Positions 16,852 to 26,115 of a DNA stretch of 64,000 nucleotides are shown one piece after another (within the stretch, counting starts at the first letter, position 1; every line of letters starts with the position of its first letter). The stretch covers positions 13,023-77,022 of the forward strand of contig CAZTNA010000011.1 of NCBI GenBank assembly GCA_964615305.1, written 5' to 3'. The stretch comes from an uncultured Chitinophaga sp. (GTDB lineage Bacteria > Bacteroidota > Bacteroidia > Chitinophagales > LD1). The position numbers and the translations under genes were made by a program. The notes under the pieces are model-generated. The model did no database searches. It was not told the origin of the DNA and saw only the letters and a list, made by a program, of their open reading frames with translations.

Positions 16852-19800
16852 TTAGTGCATTACATTAAACTTACAAAAGTATTTTTGCCCCAAGTCGTCG
16901 ACGCCACGAATAACATATACTCCGTTTTGCCAAGTCGACACATCAATTTCGGATTTATCTTGGCGAAGATCGTGGGTGTAAACAACATTACCAGAAATAT
17001 CGGAAACAACGACGTTGACTGACTTAGCCTCTTTCGATTGAAAAGAAACAAAAAGAGTGCGCGAAACAGGATTAGGCGAAACAGAAAATGCAGTGTTATT
17101 TACGGTCTTCATTAACTTCCATTTATTAACAGGAACTGACTCTGTTTTAAAACTTACACTTTCTTCATCAGGAATATAAGGAAGCAAAACCGTGTCGGCA
17201 ACCTCTGCTAATACAGAGGAAGAATAAATAGCCGCTCTACCCCCTTTGGCATAAATTTTCCACAGCTCATTTTTTACAGTTTCATCGGCTTGTTTCCAGT
17301 CCTTGCCCTGTGCTTTCATTTCTTCTAAAATCGTAACAAAGTCGACCATATTAGCATCACCTAATTTTTGCAAAGCGGCTTTGGCTTCGGAAATTTTACC
17401 GCTACGGAGACTGATTGCAGCAAGGTGGTTTAGCGTGCTTTGATTCTCGAAAATTTTGAGCATTAAAACAGCCGAGTCGGCATCGCCTTTTTCGAGATAC
17501 GTTTGCGACCATTCAAGCATTCTTTCGTTCATAGCCTCTTCCCGCACTGCTATGGCTTGCTTTATTTCATTTTCTGGTGAAATTTTGTTCTGAGCAGCCT
17601 CCATTTCGGCAATATCGGTAACAGAAAAAGGAAGCTCGGCTTCCACTAAAACATCTATATGCTTTTCTTCCAAACCGCTGTTTTTAATGATTAGTTCTTT
17701 TAGTTCTTCTAATCCGTATTCGGCCACTGGGCTTTCAATAGCCTTTTCCATTATTTCATCACTGATAGCTTCTTTTTCTTTTAGTGCTTGGTAAACATCT
17801 TCAATATTATATGCAGTCGCAGTATTCAACATGTCTTTCAATTCAGTAGTATTACCTCCATCAATATTGCTCTTCATCGCCATCATTTGCCCGTTCCATT
17901 GATTAATTAGAAGCGGAGAGTAATCTCCTCCATCAGATTCATCAGGACAAATAGCAGGAAAATTTGAGTAATTAAAACCACATGCAGTAACAGCAATAGT
18001 GTTTGTGGTTTGGGTACGAGCAGGATAAAAGCTATTATTAGAACTATTCGTTAGGGAGTAGTAGGTATATGAAAGCGTATTGGCATTACGTGCTAACTGA
18101 AAAGTAGGTACTGTTGCAGATTGCTGAAAAAAGAGATTGTTAGCAGGCGATTGTGTATTGGCGCAACTACCTTGGTTTAATTTCATGGAGCCTTGAGTTG
18201 TTCCATCTTCAGTAACCCAAGTATCATATGCCTTGCTTTGGTTAAGTGTGTTACAGCGAAACTCCAAGCCGTTTAATGAAGGTTGGTTGCTGTTTACGCC
18301 TACCGCTATAAGCCCGTAACGTAAGCCAGTAAAAGTATTGTTTCTTATTTTTTCGTCATTGGCGGCAGCATTGTTTACCAATACACCGTAGGTTTTGGCA
18401 AAAGACATAGTGTAACCTGAAATATTGAAGGTGTTTTCCTGTACCTTGTATGCTGTAGAAGCTGCAAGGTAGAGTCCATAACTTTTGCAATCACCACCGC
18501 CACCACCGTTAATGCAATCGTCTAAGCCTGGCACTGTGAATGTGTTGTTAGTAATACGCGCATAAGTGCCGCTCGCCATGTAGATGCCATACTTGTTGTT
18601 GGTAAAAACAGCATCGTTTATTTTAGTGCCTATGGTGTTTCCCGGAGGAAACGATAGACCGCCAACGTCTATTCTAATACCGTAAGTAAGATTTTTGAAA
18701 TTGTTTTTCCTGAGGCTTTGGACATTGGTTAATGCGATAAATTCACCTTGTAAAGCATGAATTCCATAACCACGATTGCTGTAGGGTTGTGTAGTCACTG
18801 GAACGTGGTTATCGAAGGTGCAGCCTTCTATACTAAAGCCGCGCACTCCTGAAAGGATAACATGCTTGAAGAGATTTATGGTTGTATTGTCGAAGTCGGT
18901 ATCCTTGATTTTTGATTTGTAAGCCCCCAGCGGATTTGCAGGGTCAGTGGGTGGCGTGTAAGCTGTGGTAGAAATAGATCGTACATTATTTTTGAATAAA
19001 CTACCATCAGTGATTAGTTGACCGCCTGCATCATTGTAATTACCGGGCCACACATGCTTACCTAATTTAAGACCATAATCCATAAACTCAAGCGTGGATG
19101 TTCTTATAACACAAGCGCCCTGTATGTTTGTATAAGGACTGCTTTCAAGTAGGTCAATTGCTATTTGAGCTTGAGTATTGTCGCCTAACACTTCGATTCC
19201 TGCCCATAACTCGCCGCATGAATTAGTGATTTTTGCGTTTGTAACTAAAAGACGAGCATTTTTCTCCACTACTATTTTGCAGTTCTTACACATATTCACT
19301 ATCGTTCCGTTTGTTGTTCCGTTTATCGTTAGGGTGTTACCTGATTTTACAATTACATTAGAACCGATGTCGTAATAACCACTATTCCAGGTAGTGTTGG
19401 AAGTAATGTCTAATGATTGAGCTGTATGGGGAACGTAGGCATTTAGATCAAGATAAAACACACCTCGGCCAAATGTGGCTACATACAGCCGCCTAGTACA
19501 GTAGTTAATTTCCAGCTTACTAATGGGAGTACGAGGAAAATTCACATCTACCTCCTGCCACAAAGAAAGTGCTGCGTTTTTGTAAAATATTCTCCCATTT
19601 GCAGTTGCACAAAACATAGCATCATTACTACCATCAACATAAACCAAACTAGTGATGCCGTAATCAGGCAGACCAGCATCATCGGCAACCCAATCTGTTG
19701 GATTAGCCCCGCCATTTGTAGTTTTCCGTATTTTGTAATGGGTTGTACCACAACTCACAGGATATTGCGATGCGGTTAAGTAACGCAATTGCCAATCAAT

Positions 19801-21933
19801 AGCAACCCACATTTTATTCTTATTGGAAGAACTAACCGCTACAGCTGTTGCCGGAAAAAAATTCCTGCATGCATCATCTAAGTACTTTAACTCGGAGAAA
19901 CAACCTGTTGGATTATTACAGGTCATTTCAGTGGCACAGTTAGCATCAGGAGCCAATGTAAACTCATTCAACCTAAACTTCAAAAGTTTCGCATCATTCC
20001 AAAATCCAAAAACATTTGAGGTGGTATACATAACACTAGGGTCTGATTTTGGAATGTTGAAATTCTTTATTGAGTGCACCGAGGGGTAATTAGTGTTTTC
20101 TAATAAATCGTACCCCGTAGAATGACTTGCAGAATTCGTGAAATATATTTTTTGGGTAGCGCCTTGCAATGCAAAAAACCAGTCGCCAAATTGGGGTAGC
20201 GGGTGCTGGTAAAGCTGACCAATCGCATACCCACAGCTATTAGTGTTATTTATAGTTGATTTTGTATTCGCAACAACATCACGAACTTTCAACACACCAT
20301 TGTAAGAGCCGTAGAACTTGGAATCCTGAGTTAAGTCCCACCATGCAGGAGCGTATCCATCACAATATTCCCCATCCTGCGTCCAAGTACTACCATCAAA
20401 CCAGTCATAATTTGTATCTTGCTTGCCGATGGCAAGAAAGTTTTTCTTTGAAGGAGATGAAGACAAATCAGTTATGGTGCTAACGCTCAATCCTATATTA
20501 ACTTCTTCTAATACCCCTGTAGCCTCAGTATACTTATATATACCGCCGTCGTTACCTATCAAGAGAAACGTTCCATTGGGCTCATACTTCAGTTCATGTA
20601 TATCTGGATGACCTGAACTATAGTATTGTGTTATTGCATTCCAATTAGCGCCAGAGTTTGTACTTCTTAAAACTTGAGTTGAGCCAGCTACAACAGTGCT
20701 AAAATTAGATGGCCTAACATCTAATTTTAGCCTATCAATAGTAGGGATATGATTTGTTTCGCTCCATTGGTTATTGTCGCTAGCGATAGTTGACCAAGTT
20801 GTATTATTATGTAGGTACATTCCAAAGTGGCTAACATTTCGAGAAAAGGTGACACTGCCCGAAACTGTACCAGAATTGACTTTGCTTAAAGTTATTACGT
20901 TTCCTAAGACGGATAATACAACGACATTATCTTCGATACCTGTCCCAGAAACATTCATACCACTAACCACACCGGTTGGGGTGGTTAGTGTTGTAATTGT
21001 ATTTTGACCTGTAACACCATTAGCTGTGTAAGTGTACGCTTCTCTGTAAATGGCAAAAGCGGTACAATATATGTTGTCAATGGCGTTATTATTTGCTACT
21101 TTAAAATTCATATTGCGCTGTTGCACAGTAAAGGCGGCGGTTGGGAAAAAGTTATCGAAAGTTGTATTGGTTAAAATGCTAAAGGTGCCATTATTCCCAC
21201 TTGATGTTGAACGGTAAACATTTTGACCAGAAGCATAAACAGTGTTTGGGTTGTTTGGGCTAAACTGAACTGCCCAAATACCAGGAACTTCTGGATCTAG
21301 CCAATTAGAACTCCAATTAGGTTGCGGTTCATTTTCAGTTAAAACTAGCTGCCACGAGGCAGAGGCAGAGGTTGCATTTGTTGATTTATACAAGCCATCT
21401 GAGGTTGCAACAAAAACGATGTCGGGATTGGTAGGGTGGACTGCAATTTTGGTGATTAACTTTCTCTTGTGAAATGAAAATCCAGTACCCAATGTATTGA
21501 AGTTTGGGACCGGCGTGAAGGTATTACCTAAATCTGTTGACTTGTACAAACCGCAAGATGGTATATACGGATTGTGGGTATTAGAACTCCCAGTTGCTAT
21601 ATAAATGGTCGTGGTAGTGCCTATGTATGAAATAGTAATTTCATTTACACTGTTTGTTTCCAAATGCTGAACAGCATCAACAACTGACCAAGTACTACCT
21701 CCATTTGTCGATTTCCAAAGACCGCCATACGGAGAACCAGCGAGAATAAAATTTGTAGTAGGATAGTTAGGATGAAAGGCAATGCAATGTATTTGACCGG
21801 TGCCGTTTGCGTGACTAGCATTTGCATTGTAGGTTGAACTGCCGGTGGGACCTAGTGAGACAAATTGAGAACATAAATGGGTTACTTGAATGATGAGAAC
21901 CAAGGTTAATAGATAGTTTTTCATAGGATTCAT
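16852..21933 (-). CDS. 1693-aa T9SS cargo with BNR/sortilin-type repeats, parallel beta-helix repeats, a helical region and a type A sorting domain
   Basis: The repeats are GGLWKSTNGGSTW, GLYKSTDLGNTF, LRSTNSGANW and IRKTTNGGANPTDW. Beta-helix-like N/G/T-rich repeats lie in the middle. The C-terminus is FSVSPNPVSRTLFVSF...NGVYVIRG...KFNVMH. Confidence 0.85.
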   Translation of the reverse strand: MNPMKNYLLTLVLIIQVTHLCSQFVSLGPTGSSTYNANASHANGTGQIHCIAFHPNYPTTNFILAGSPYGGLWKSTNGGSTWSVVDAVQHLETNSVNEITISYIGTTTTIYIATGSSNTHNPYIPSCGLYKSTDLGNTFTPVPNFNTLGTGFSFHKRKLITKIAVHPTNPDIVFVATSDGLYKSTNATSASASWQLVLTENEPQPNWSSNWLDPEVPGIWAVQFSPNNPNTVYASGQNVYRSTSSGNNGTFSILTNTTFDNFFPTAAFTVQQRNMNFKVANNNAIDNIYCTAFAIYREAYTYTANGVTGQNTITTLTTPTGVVSGMNVSGTGIEDNVVVLSVLGNVITLSKVNSGTVSGSVTFSRNVSHFGMYLHNNTTWSTIASDNNQWSETNHIPTIDRLKLDVRPSNFSTVVAGSTQVLRSTNSGANWNAITQYYSSGHPDIHELKYEPNGTFLLIGNDGGIYKYTEATGVLEEVNIGLSVSTITDLSSSPSKKNFLAIGKQDTNYDWFDGSTWTQDGEYCDGYAPAWWDLTQDSKFYGSYNGVLKVRDVVANTKSTINNTNSCGYAIGQLYQHPLPQFGDWFFALQGATQKIYFTNSASHSTGYDLLENTNYPSVHSIKNFNIPKSDPSVMYTTSNVFGFWNDAKLLKFRLNEFTLAPDANCATEMTCNNPTGCFSELKYLDDACRNFFPATAVAVSSSNKNKMWVAIDWQLRYLTASQYPVSCGTTHYKIRKTTNGGANPTDWVADDAGLPDYGITSLVYVDGSNDAMFCATANGRIFYKNAALSLWQEVDVNFPRTPISKLEINYCTRRLYVATFGRGVFYLDLNAYVPHTAQSLDITSNTTWNSGYYDIGSNVIVKSGNTLTINGTTNGTIVNMCKNCKIVVEKNARLLVTNAKITNSCGELWAGIEVLGDNTQAQIAIDLLESSPYTNIQGACVIRTSTLEFMDYGLKLGKHVWPGNYNDAGGQLITDGSLFKNNVRSISTTAYTPPTDPANPLGAYKSKIKDTDFDNTTINLFKHVILSGVRGFSIEGCTFDNHVPVTTQPYSNRGYGIHALQGEFIALTNVQSLRKNNFKNLTYGIRIDVGGLSFPPGNTIGTKINDAVFTNNKYGIYMASGTYARITNNTFTVPGLDDCINGGGGGDCKSYGLYLAASTAYKVQENTFNISGYTMSFAKTYGVLVNNAAANDEKIRNNTFTGLRYGLIAVGVNSNQPSLNGLEFRCNTLNQSKAYDTWVTEDGTTQGSMKLNQGSCANTQSPANNLFFQQSATVPTFQLARNANTLSYTYYSLTNSSNNSFYPARTQTTNTIAVTACGFNYSNFPAICPDESDGGDYSPLLINQWNGQMMAMKSNIDGGNTTELKDMLNTATAYNIEDVYQALKEKEAISDEIMEKAIESPVAEYGLEELKELIIKNSGLEEKHIDVLVEAELPFSVTDIAEMEAAQNKISPENEIKQAIAVREEAMNERMLEWSQTYLEKGDADSAVLMLKIFENQSTLNHLAAISLRSGKISEAKAALQKLGDANMVDFVTILEEMKAQGKDWKQADETVKNELWKIYAKGGRAAIYSSSVLAEVADTVLLPYIPDEESVSFKTESVPVNKWKLMKTVNNTAFSVSPNPVSRTLFVSFQSKEAKSVNVVVSDISGNVVYTHDLRQDKSEIDVSTWQNGVYVIRGVDDLGQKYFCKFNVMH

Positions 21934-22110
21934 TCTTAGATTAGTGAACTAATAGATTTAAAATTAGTCTATTATGTATTACCAAGCAAGAGAACCTAAT
22001 AAAAATCATGGATTATTTTAATCTAAAAATTTTAGTGGCAGGTCTAATTTTTACAATTATTGACCAGTTAACAAGAGTAAAAAGAGAACCTTTATGGGTC
22101 CTCTATGGTA

Positions 22111-22524
22111 TTACATATTTTCTAATATCTTATTCAGTTTTTCCATATTTTCAAGCTTAGGCGCATATTCATCCGCCTCCCAGCTAACCATAGTGTATTC
22201 TGTAACGCCAAAGATATCGCCTAGTTGCTTTAGGGTATAGCCGTGTTTGAAACGGTAGGCCCGTATCCTTTGCCCTAGGGTTTCTGTTTTGAAGTTATAG
22301 GGGTCGTAACCTAGGAAGCGAATGATTGTTCCTGCATTTAAATCTCGTGGGTTTGCTCTCCCGCTTTCCCATTTGCAGAGAGAACCAACACATACCTGGA
22401 GTTCGTTGCTTGCATCATCTAATGTTAGGTTCCGTTCAAGCCGCCGTTTTCGTATATGCAGGCCGATAGGTGTACTCTCGTCTAACTCTATGATTTCCTG
22501 TGGAATACGTGCTACCACTGTCAT
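22111..22524 (-). CDS. XRE-family transcriptional regulator with two tandem HTH domains
   Basis: Start taken at ATG 22524 (MTVVARIPQE). IGLHIRKRRLERNLTLDDASNELQVCVGSLCKWESGRANP and LGQRIRAYRFKHGYTLKQLGDIFGVTEYTMVSWEADEYAP are both XRE/Cro-type HTH units. Confidence 0.8.
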   Translation of the reverse strand: MTVVARIPQEIIELDESTPIGLHIRKRRLERNLTLDDASNELQVCVGSLCKWESGRANPRDLNAGTIIRFLGYDPYNFKTETLGQRIRAYRFKHGYTLKQLGDIFGVTEYTMVSWEADEYAPKLENMEKLNKILENM

Positions 22525-22548
22525 TTTCCAAAAAGGCAACGCAACGAC
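22476..22548. repeat. Right copy of the repeated XRE 5' segment (partner of 10063-10137)
   Basis: Hand alignment; see the left copy. Same orientation on the + strand. Confidence 0.8.
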
Positions 22549-22549
22549 A

Positions 22550-22860
22550 CAGTTGCATGGTATCTATATCCTGCACCTCCCAGGGGCGCTTGCCACCTAT
22601 GTTCAGTAGGTCGGGCAGGGGCAGCCATTGTATAAGCAACCGGCGGCAGATATATGGCAGATCGAACTCGCGGATGTTGTGCCCGCAGAAATGGTAGCGC
22701 TGCGGGTTAAAGTTCTTCGTTATCATATTCCAAAATGGGAACGCAGGGATGAGGATTCAGTCACTCTAAGTAGCATGAACAAAGATGTGCTCTTAATTTA
22801 TTTTACGTTCCTGAATGGAATTAATCAATTGAATATCACTCCAAAGGTTCGATAACTCGA
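22550..22860 (-). pseudogene. Decayed 3'-5' exonuclease (DnaQ/PolB-exo-like RNase H fold) gene, frameshifted and 3'-truncated
   Basis: FCGHNIREFDLPYICRRLLIQWLPLPDLLNIGGKRPWEVQDIDTMQL matches the GHNxKEFDxPY...GKKPWE..xDT pattern. The upstream block ILEYDNEEL is in another frame and ends in a stop. Recognisable homology ends at about 22550, exactly where the repeat begins. Confidence 0.55.
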
Positions 22861-22872
22861 TGCTTGAGGCTA

Positions 22873-24039
22873 CTACTCCTCCTCTTCAAAATCAGCTGAA
22901 TCGTTTTTCAGCCCGTATAAAATGTCGAAAACCGGCTGCACTCTATATACAGAACGATTGTATTTGTTAGAAAGAATAATAACTGCAGTAGTGTCGTTTG
23001 TGTTACGGTAAAAAACTGTGTTGTTGCCGTGCCACCATCCATTGTGATAAACCAAATAACTGCTATCCGGTTGTTGTAAAAGCCGCCAACCATAACCATA
23101 ATTTCTTTTTCCCGGCTTTTCGAAACTTCGAGGCGTATAAGCCTCTTCCATCATTTGCTGGGATAGTAACTTTCCGTCATAAAAAGCCATATCCCATTTA
23201 AACATATCGCCCACTGTGCTGTAAACACCTTTATCTCCCACCACTCCATCGAAACAATCGTTGTGTTGTATTTGCCATTTTGAATTGTAACTGGTGGTAA
23301 TTTTTCTGTCGGCTGAGTCAGTGACATCAAACACAAAACTGTGGCGCATATTCAATGGTGCAAAAAACGTTTGCTGCATAAATTGCTGAAATTTTTTGCC
23401 GGTAGTTCTTTCTATTATAGAAGCAAGAAGTAGATAGTTTGTATTACAGTACTCAAATTTCTTATCGGGTTGTGCGTATGTAGCGGGCTTTTCGCGCTGC
23501 ATAATTTCTACTACCTGTTCATTTGACAAGTATTCATTTGCCTTGCATTTACCCGAGCAGAAATAAATGTAGTTGGGTAAACCAGAACGGTGACACAACA
23601 AATCTTTTACGCGAACGTTTTTGTATGGTAGTAATGGAAAAAACTTTTGCAGGGTATCGTCCAACGAAAACATGCCATGCTCTACACACCACAAAACAGC
23701 CGTAGCCGTAAACGTTTTTGAAACCGATGCTAATTGAAAAGCGTTGGTGTCAGTCATTAAGTGCCGGCTATTGTAATCGCAATAGCCAAAACAATTTTGA
23801 TAAAGCAATTTTCCATTTTTAGAAATCAACACACTGCCGCTAAAACCGTTCTGCAAATTGCGGTTTGTAAAAAATGTGTCGAGGGAGAAATGAATTTGAG
23901 AATCTAAAGAGGAAGCAGACGGCAAGGCATTTTCTGCAAGTTGGCGGCTTACTTTTTTGGCCGTTTGTTTTTGTGTAAAGAAGAAAAAAGCTCCTCCGGC
24001 TATAAGCAATAACAAAGCAACACCCCCCCATTTTTTCAT
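22873..24039 (-). CDS. Serine hydrolase, beta-lactamase (class C / PBP4-like) fold
   Basis: SxxK motif in QLASVSKTFTATAV; N-terminal TM/signal segment; CHRSGLPNY block. Confidence 0.85.
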   Translation of the reverse strand: MKKWGGVALLLLIAGGAFFFFTQKQTAKKVSRQLAENALPSASSLDSQIHFSLDTFFTNRNLQNGFSGSVLISKNGKLLYQNCFGYCDYNSRHLMTDTNAFQLASVSKTFTATAVLWCVEHGMFSLDDTLQKFFPLLPYKNVRVKDLLCHRSGLPNYIYFCSGKCKANEYLSNEQVVEIMQREKPATYAQPDKKFEYCNTNYLLLASIIERTTGKKFQQFMQQTFFAPLNMRHSFVFDVTDSADRKITTSYNSKWQIQHNDCFDGVVGDKGVYSTVGDMFKWDMAFYDGKLLSQQMMEEAYTPRSFEKPGKRNYGYGWRLLQQPDSSYLVYHNGWWHGNNTVFYRNTNDTTAVIILSNKYNRSVYRVQPVFDILYGLKNDSADFEEEE

Positions 24040-24089
24040 GAGTGGAAAATAAAAATGAAGTTTAAAGAGGAAAGATGTACAGATAGACT

Positions 24090-25322
24090 CTATTGCACTT
24101 CTGCTTCAGCAACAGCTTCCAGGTTTTTCATTTGGCCGAGAGCGTTCCAAACCGGCTGTGTCCAATAGTTGGCATGGTTTGACTTGTTGCCCAACACAAT
24201 AATTGTAAATCCGTTTTGCAAGTCGCGGGCAAACACGTTGTTGCTGCCGTGCCAAAAACCATTGTGATAAACCAAATAGTTTTTATCCGCTTGTTTTGAT
24301 AAGCGCCATCCGTAGCCGTAATTTTTTGTTCTGTCTTTAGAAAACGAATAGCGGTCATTACTTTGTGGCTTATACGCTTCACGCAAAGTTTCATCACTTA
24401 AAAGCAGGCCTGTACGCAGAGCATTATCCCATTTCAACATGTCTTCTACCGATGAATATATTCCTTTGTCGCCCACCACACCATCTGCTGCACAATCTTT
24501 CCAGATTCTGCCACGCGAATCGTAACTGATAGTGCAACAAGTAGCACCATCTTCCGGAGCAAATACATAAGTGCTGCTCATGCCTAGAGGAGAAAACACA
24601 ATATCATGCATAAATTTTTTGAAACTCATGCCTGTTACATTCTCAACAATAGAAGCCAGTAAAGCATAGTTGGTGTTGCAATAGATAAACATGTGGTTGG
24701 GCTTGCAACGCACCGCAGGTTTCTTGGCTATCAGATAATCTACCAACTGCTGATTGCTGATATATGCCTCCGTAGTTCCATACACTTCCTTCGGAAAGTA
24801 CGTGTAATCCGGCAAGCCGGTACGGTGACTCAAAAGCAAACGAACGGTAATTCCTTTATAAGGAAACTCCGGAAAAAATTTCTGTATTGAATCATCTAAT
24901 GATAAAAAGCCCTGCTCGGCTAAAAGCAATATAGCTGTTGAGGTAAACGTTTTTGAAACAGATGCTAATTGAATAGATGACTGTGTAGTAAGCGTATCTT
25001 TAAATGTTAAGTTGCCATAACCAAACGCTGCCGAGTAAATGGGCTTACCATCTTTAGCTACCATAACACAGCCATTAAATCTATCGTTTTTTACCCGTTT
25101 TTTATAAAACGAATCTATTTGAGAAGCTACGCGCTGACTGAAAATTTCTTCAATAGTTAATGGAATTATCTGCTGCTCACAATTCTCTATTTCAGGATTG
25201 GTTACTGCATAAGCTACGGGCATGCCGGCAAGAAGAAAGCATAAAAGCCTAAGCAGGGGTACAATGCGCTTGTAAAAATTCACGAGGGTAAAGTTTTTCG
25301 ATTCTTGTTTGTTCTGCACCAT
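24090..25322 (-). CDS. Serine hydrolase, beta-lactamase fold (tandem paralogue of 22873-24039)
   Basis: QLASVSKTFTSTAI (SxxK) and SHRTGLPDY; collinear similarity with the neighbour. Confidence 0.85.
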   Translation of the reverse strand: MVQNKQESKNFTLVNFYKRIVPLLRLLCFLLAGMPVAYAVTNPEIENCEQQIIPLTIEEIFSQRVASQIDSFYKKRVKNDRFNGCVMVAKDGKPIYSAAFGYGNLTFKDTLTTQSSIQLASVSKTFTSTAILLLAEQGFLSLDDSIQKFFPEFPYKGITVRLLLSHRTGLPDYTYFPKEVYGTTEAYISNQQLVDYLIAKKPAVRCKPNHMFIYCNTNYALLASIVENVTGMSFKKFMHDIVFSPLGMSSTYVFAPEDGATCCTISYDSRGRIWKDCAADGVVGDKGIYSSVEDMLKWDNALRTGLLLSDETLREAYKPQSNDRYSFSKDRTKNYGYGWRLSKQADKNYLVYHNGFWHGSNNVFARDLQNGFTIIVLGNKSNHANYWTQPVWNALGQMKNLEAVAEAEVQ

Positions 25323-25373
25323 TTTACTGAAAAAGCGAATATATGTTTCACTTTAAGCGATGCAATACCCCAA

Positions 25374-26027
25374 TTAAGTTTTAATGGTTAATGGGATACT
25401 ATTATAGACAGCGAAAAAATGCGTAACCGTACCCGCCAAAACAAAGACGTGCCACACAGCATGGTGATAGCTCAGCTTTTTCCAGAGATAAAAAACAACA
25501 CCTATTGAATAAAACAGTCCGCTAACGAGTATAAACGTAATTATCTGAGTGGGCATGTTGGCTAATAGCGGCTTTATAATGAACACCGCCATCCAACCCA
25601 AAAGCAGATATATAATCACCTCGAGGATTTCATACTTTCCGGTAAAGAAAATTTTGAGAATGCTGCCCAGCAAAATTATTCCCCACATGGCGCTCAAAAA
25701 AACAGTTGCTGTTGAAGCACTTGTGTATTTAACAACCAGCGGAGTATAGCTGCCGCCTATCATCACAAAAATGCTGATGTGATCCCAAATCCGGAGTTTC
25801 TTTTTAAGTGGTGTGCCGAGTTTAACGGTATGGTAAATAGTAGAAGCGCTATAAACCATTAACATGGCAAAACAAAAAACCGATACTCCAAAAATGTTGG
25901 AGGCCGTACTTCTTTCCGCTGCGCAGTAAATGAGAATTGGAATTGAAACAAGGGCAAACACAATACCTACTGCATGTGTAAGTGCATTAATCTTTTCTTC
26001 TTCTATGGTTTGTTCGCGTCTGTTCAT
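25374..26027 (-). CDS. Hemolysin III / PAQR family membrane protein
   Basis: 217 aa, 7 TM. EEKINALTHAVGI near the N-terminus and HAVWHVFVLAG near the C-terminus are typical of the family. Confidence 0.85.
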   Translation of the reverse strand: MNRREQTIEEEKINALTHAVGIVFALVSIPILIYCAAERSTASNIFGVSVFCFAMLMVYSASTIYHTVKLGTPLKKKLRIWDHISIFVMIGGSYTPLVVKYTSASTATVFLSAMWGIILLGSILKIFFTGKYEILEVIIYLLLGWMAVFIIKPLLANMPTQIITFILVSGLFYSIGVVFYLWKKLSYHHAVWHVFVLAGTVTHFFAVYNSIPLTIKT

Positions 26028-26115
26028 TATTTATACGGGCGTGAAAATGTTCAATTCATTTTTATAACGCAAAAAGCAGTACATTGTTTTTATATTGATT
26101 CGAAATAAAATTTTT

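Noticed and set aside
22322-22855. + strand ORFs of 95, 65 and 75 aa across the XRE/exonuclease junction
   Set aside because: No motifs. They overlap the better-supported minus-strand XRE gene and exonuclease remnants.
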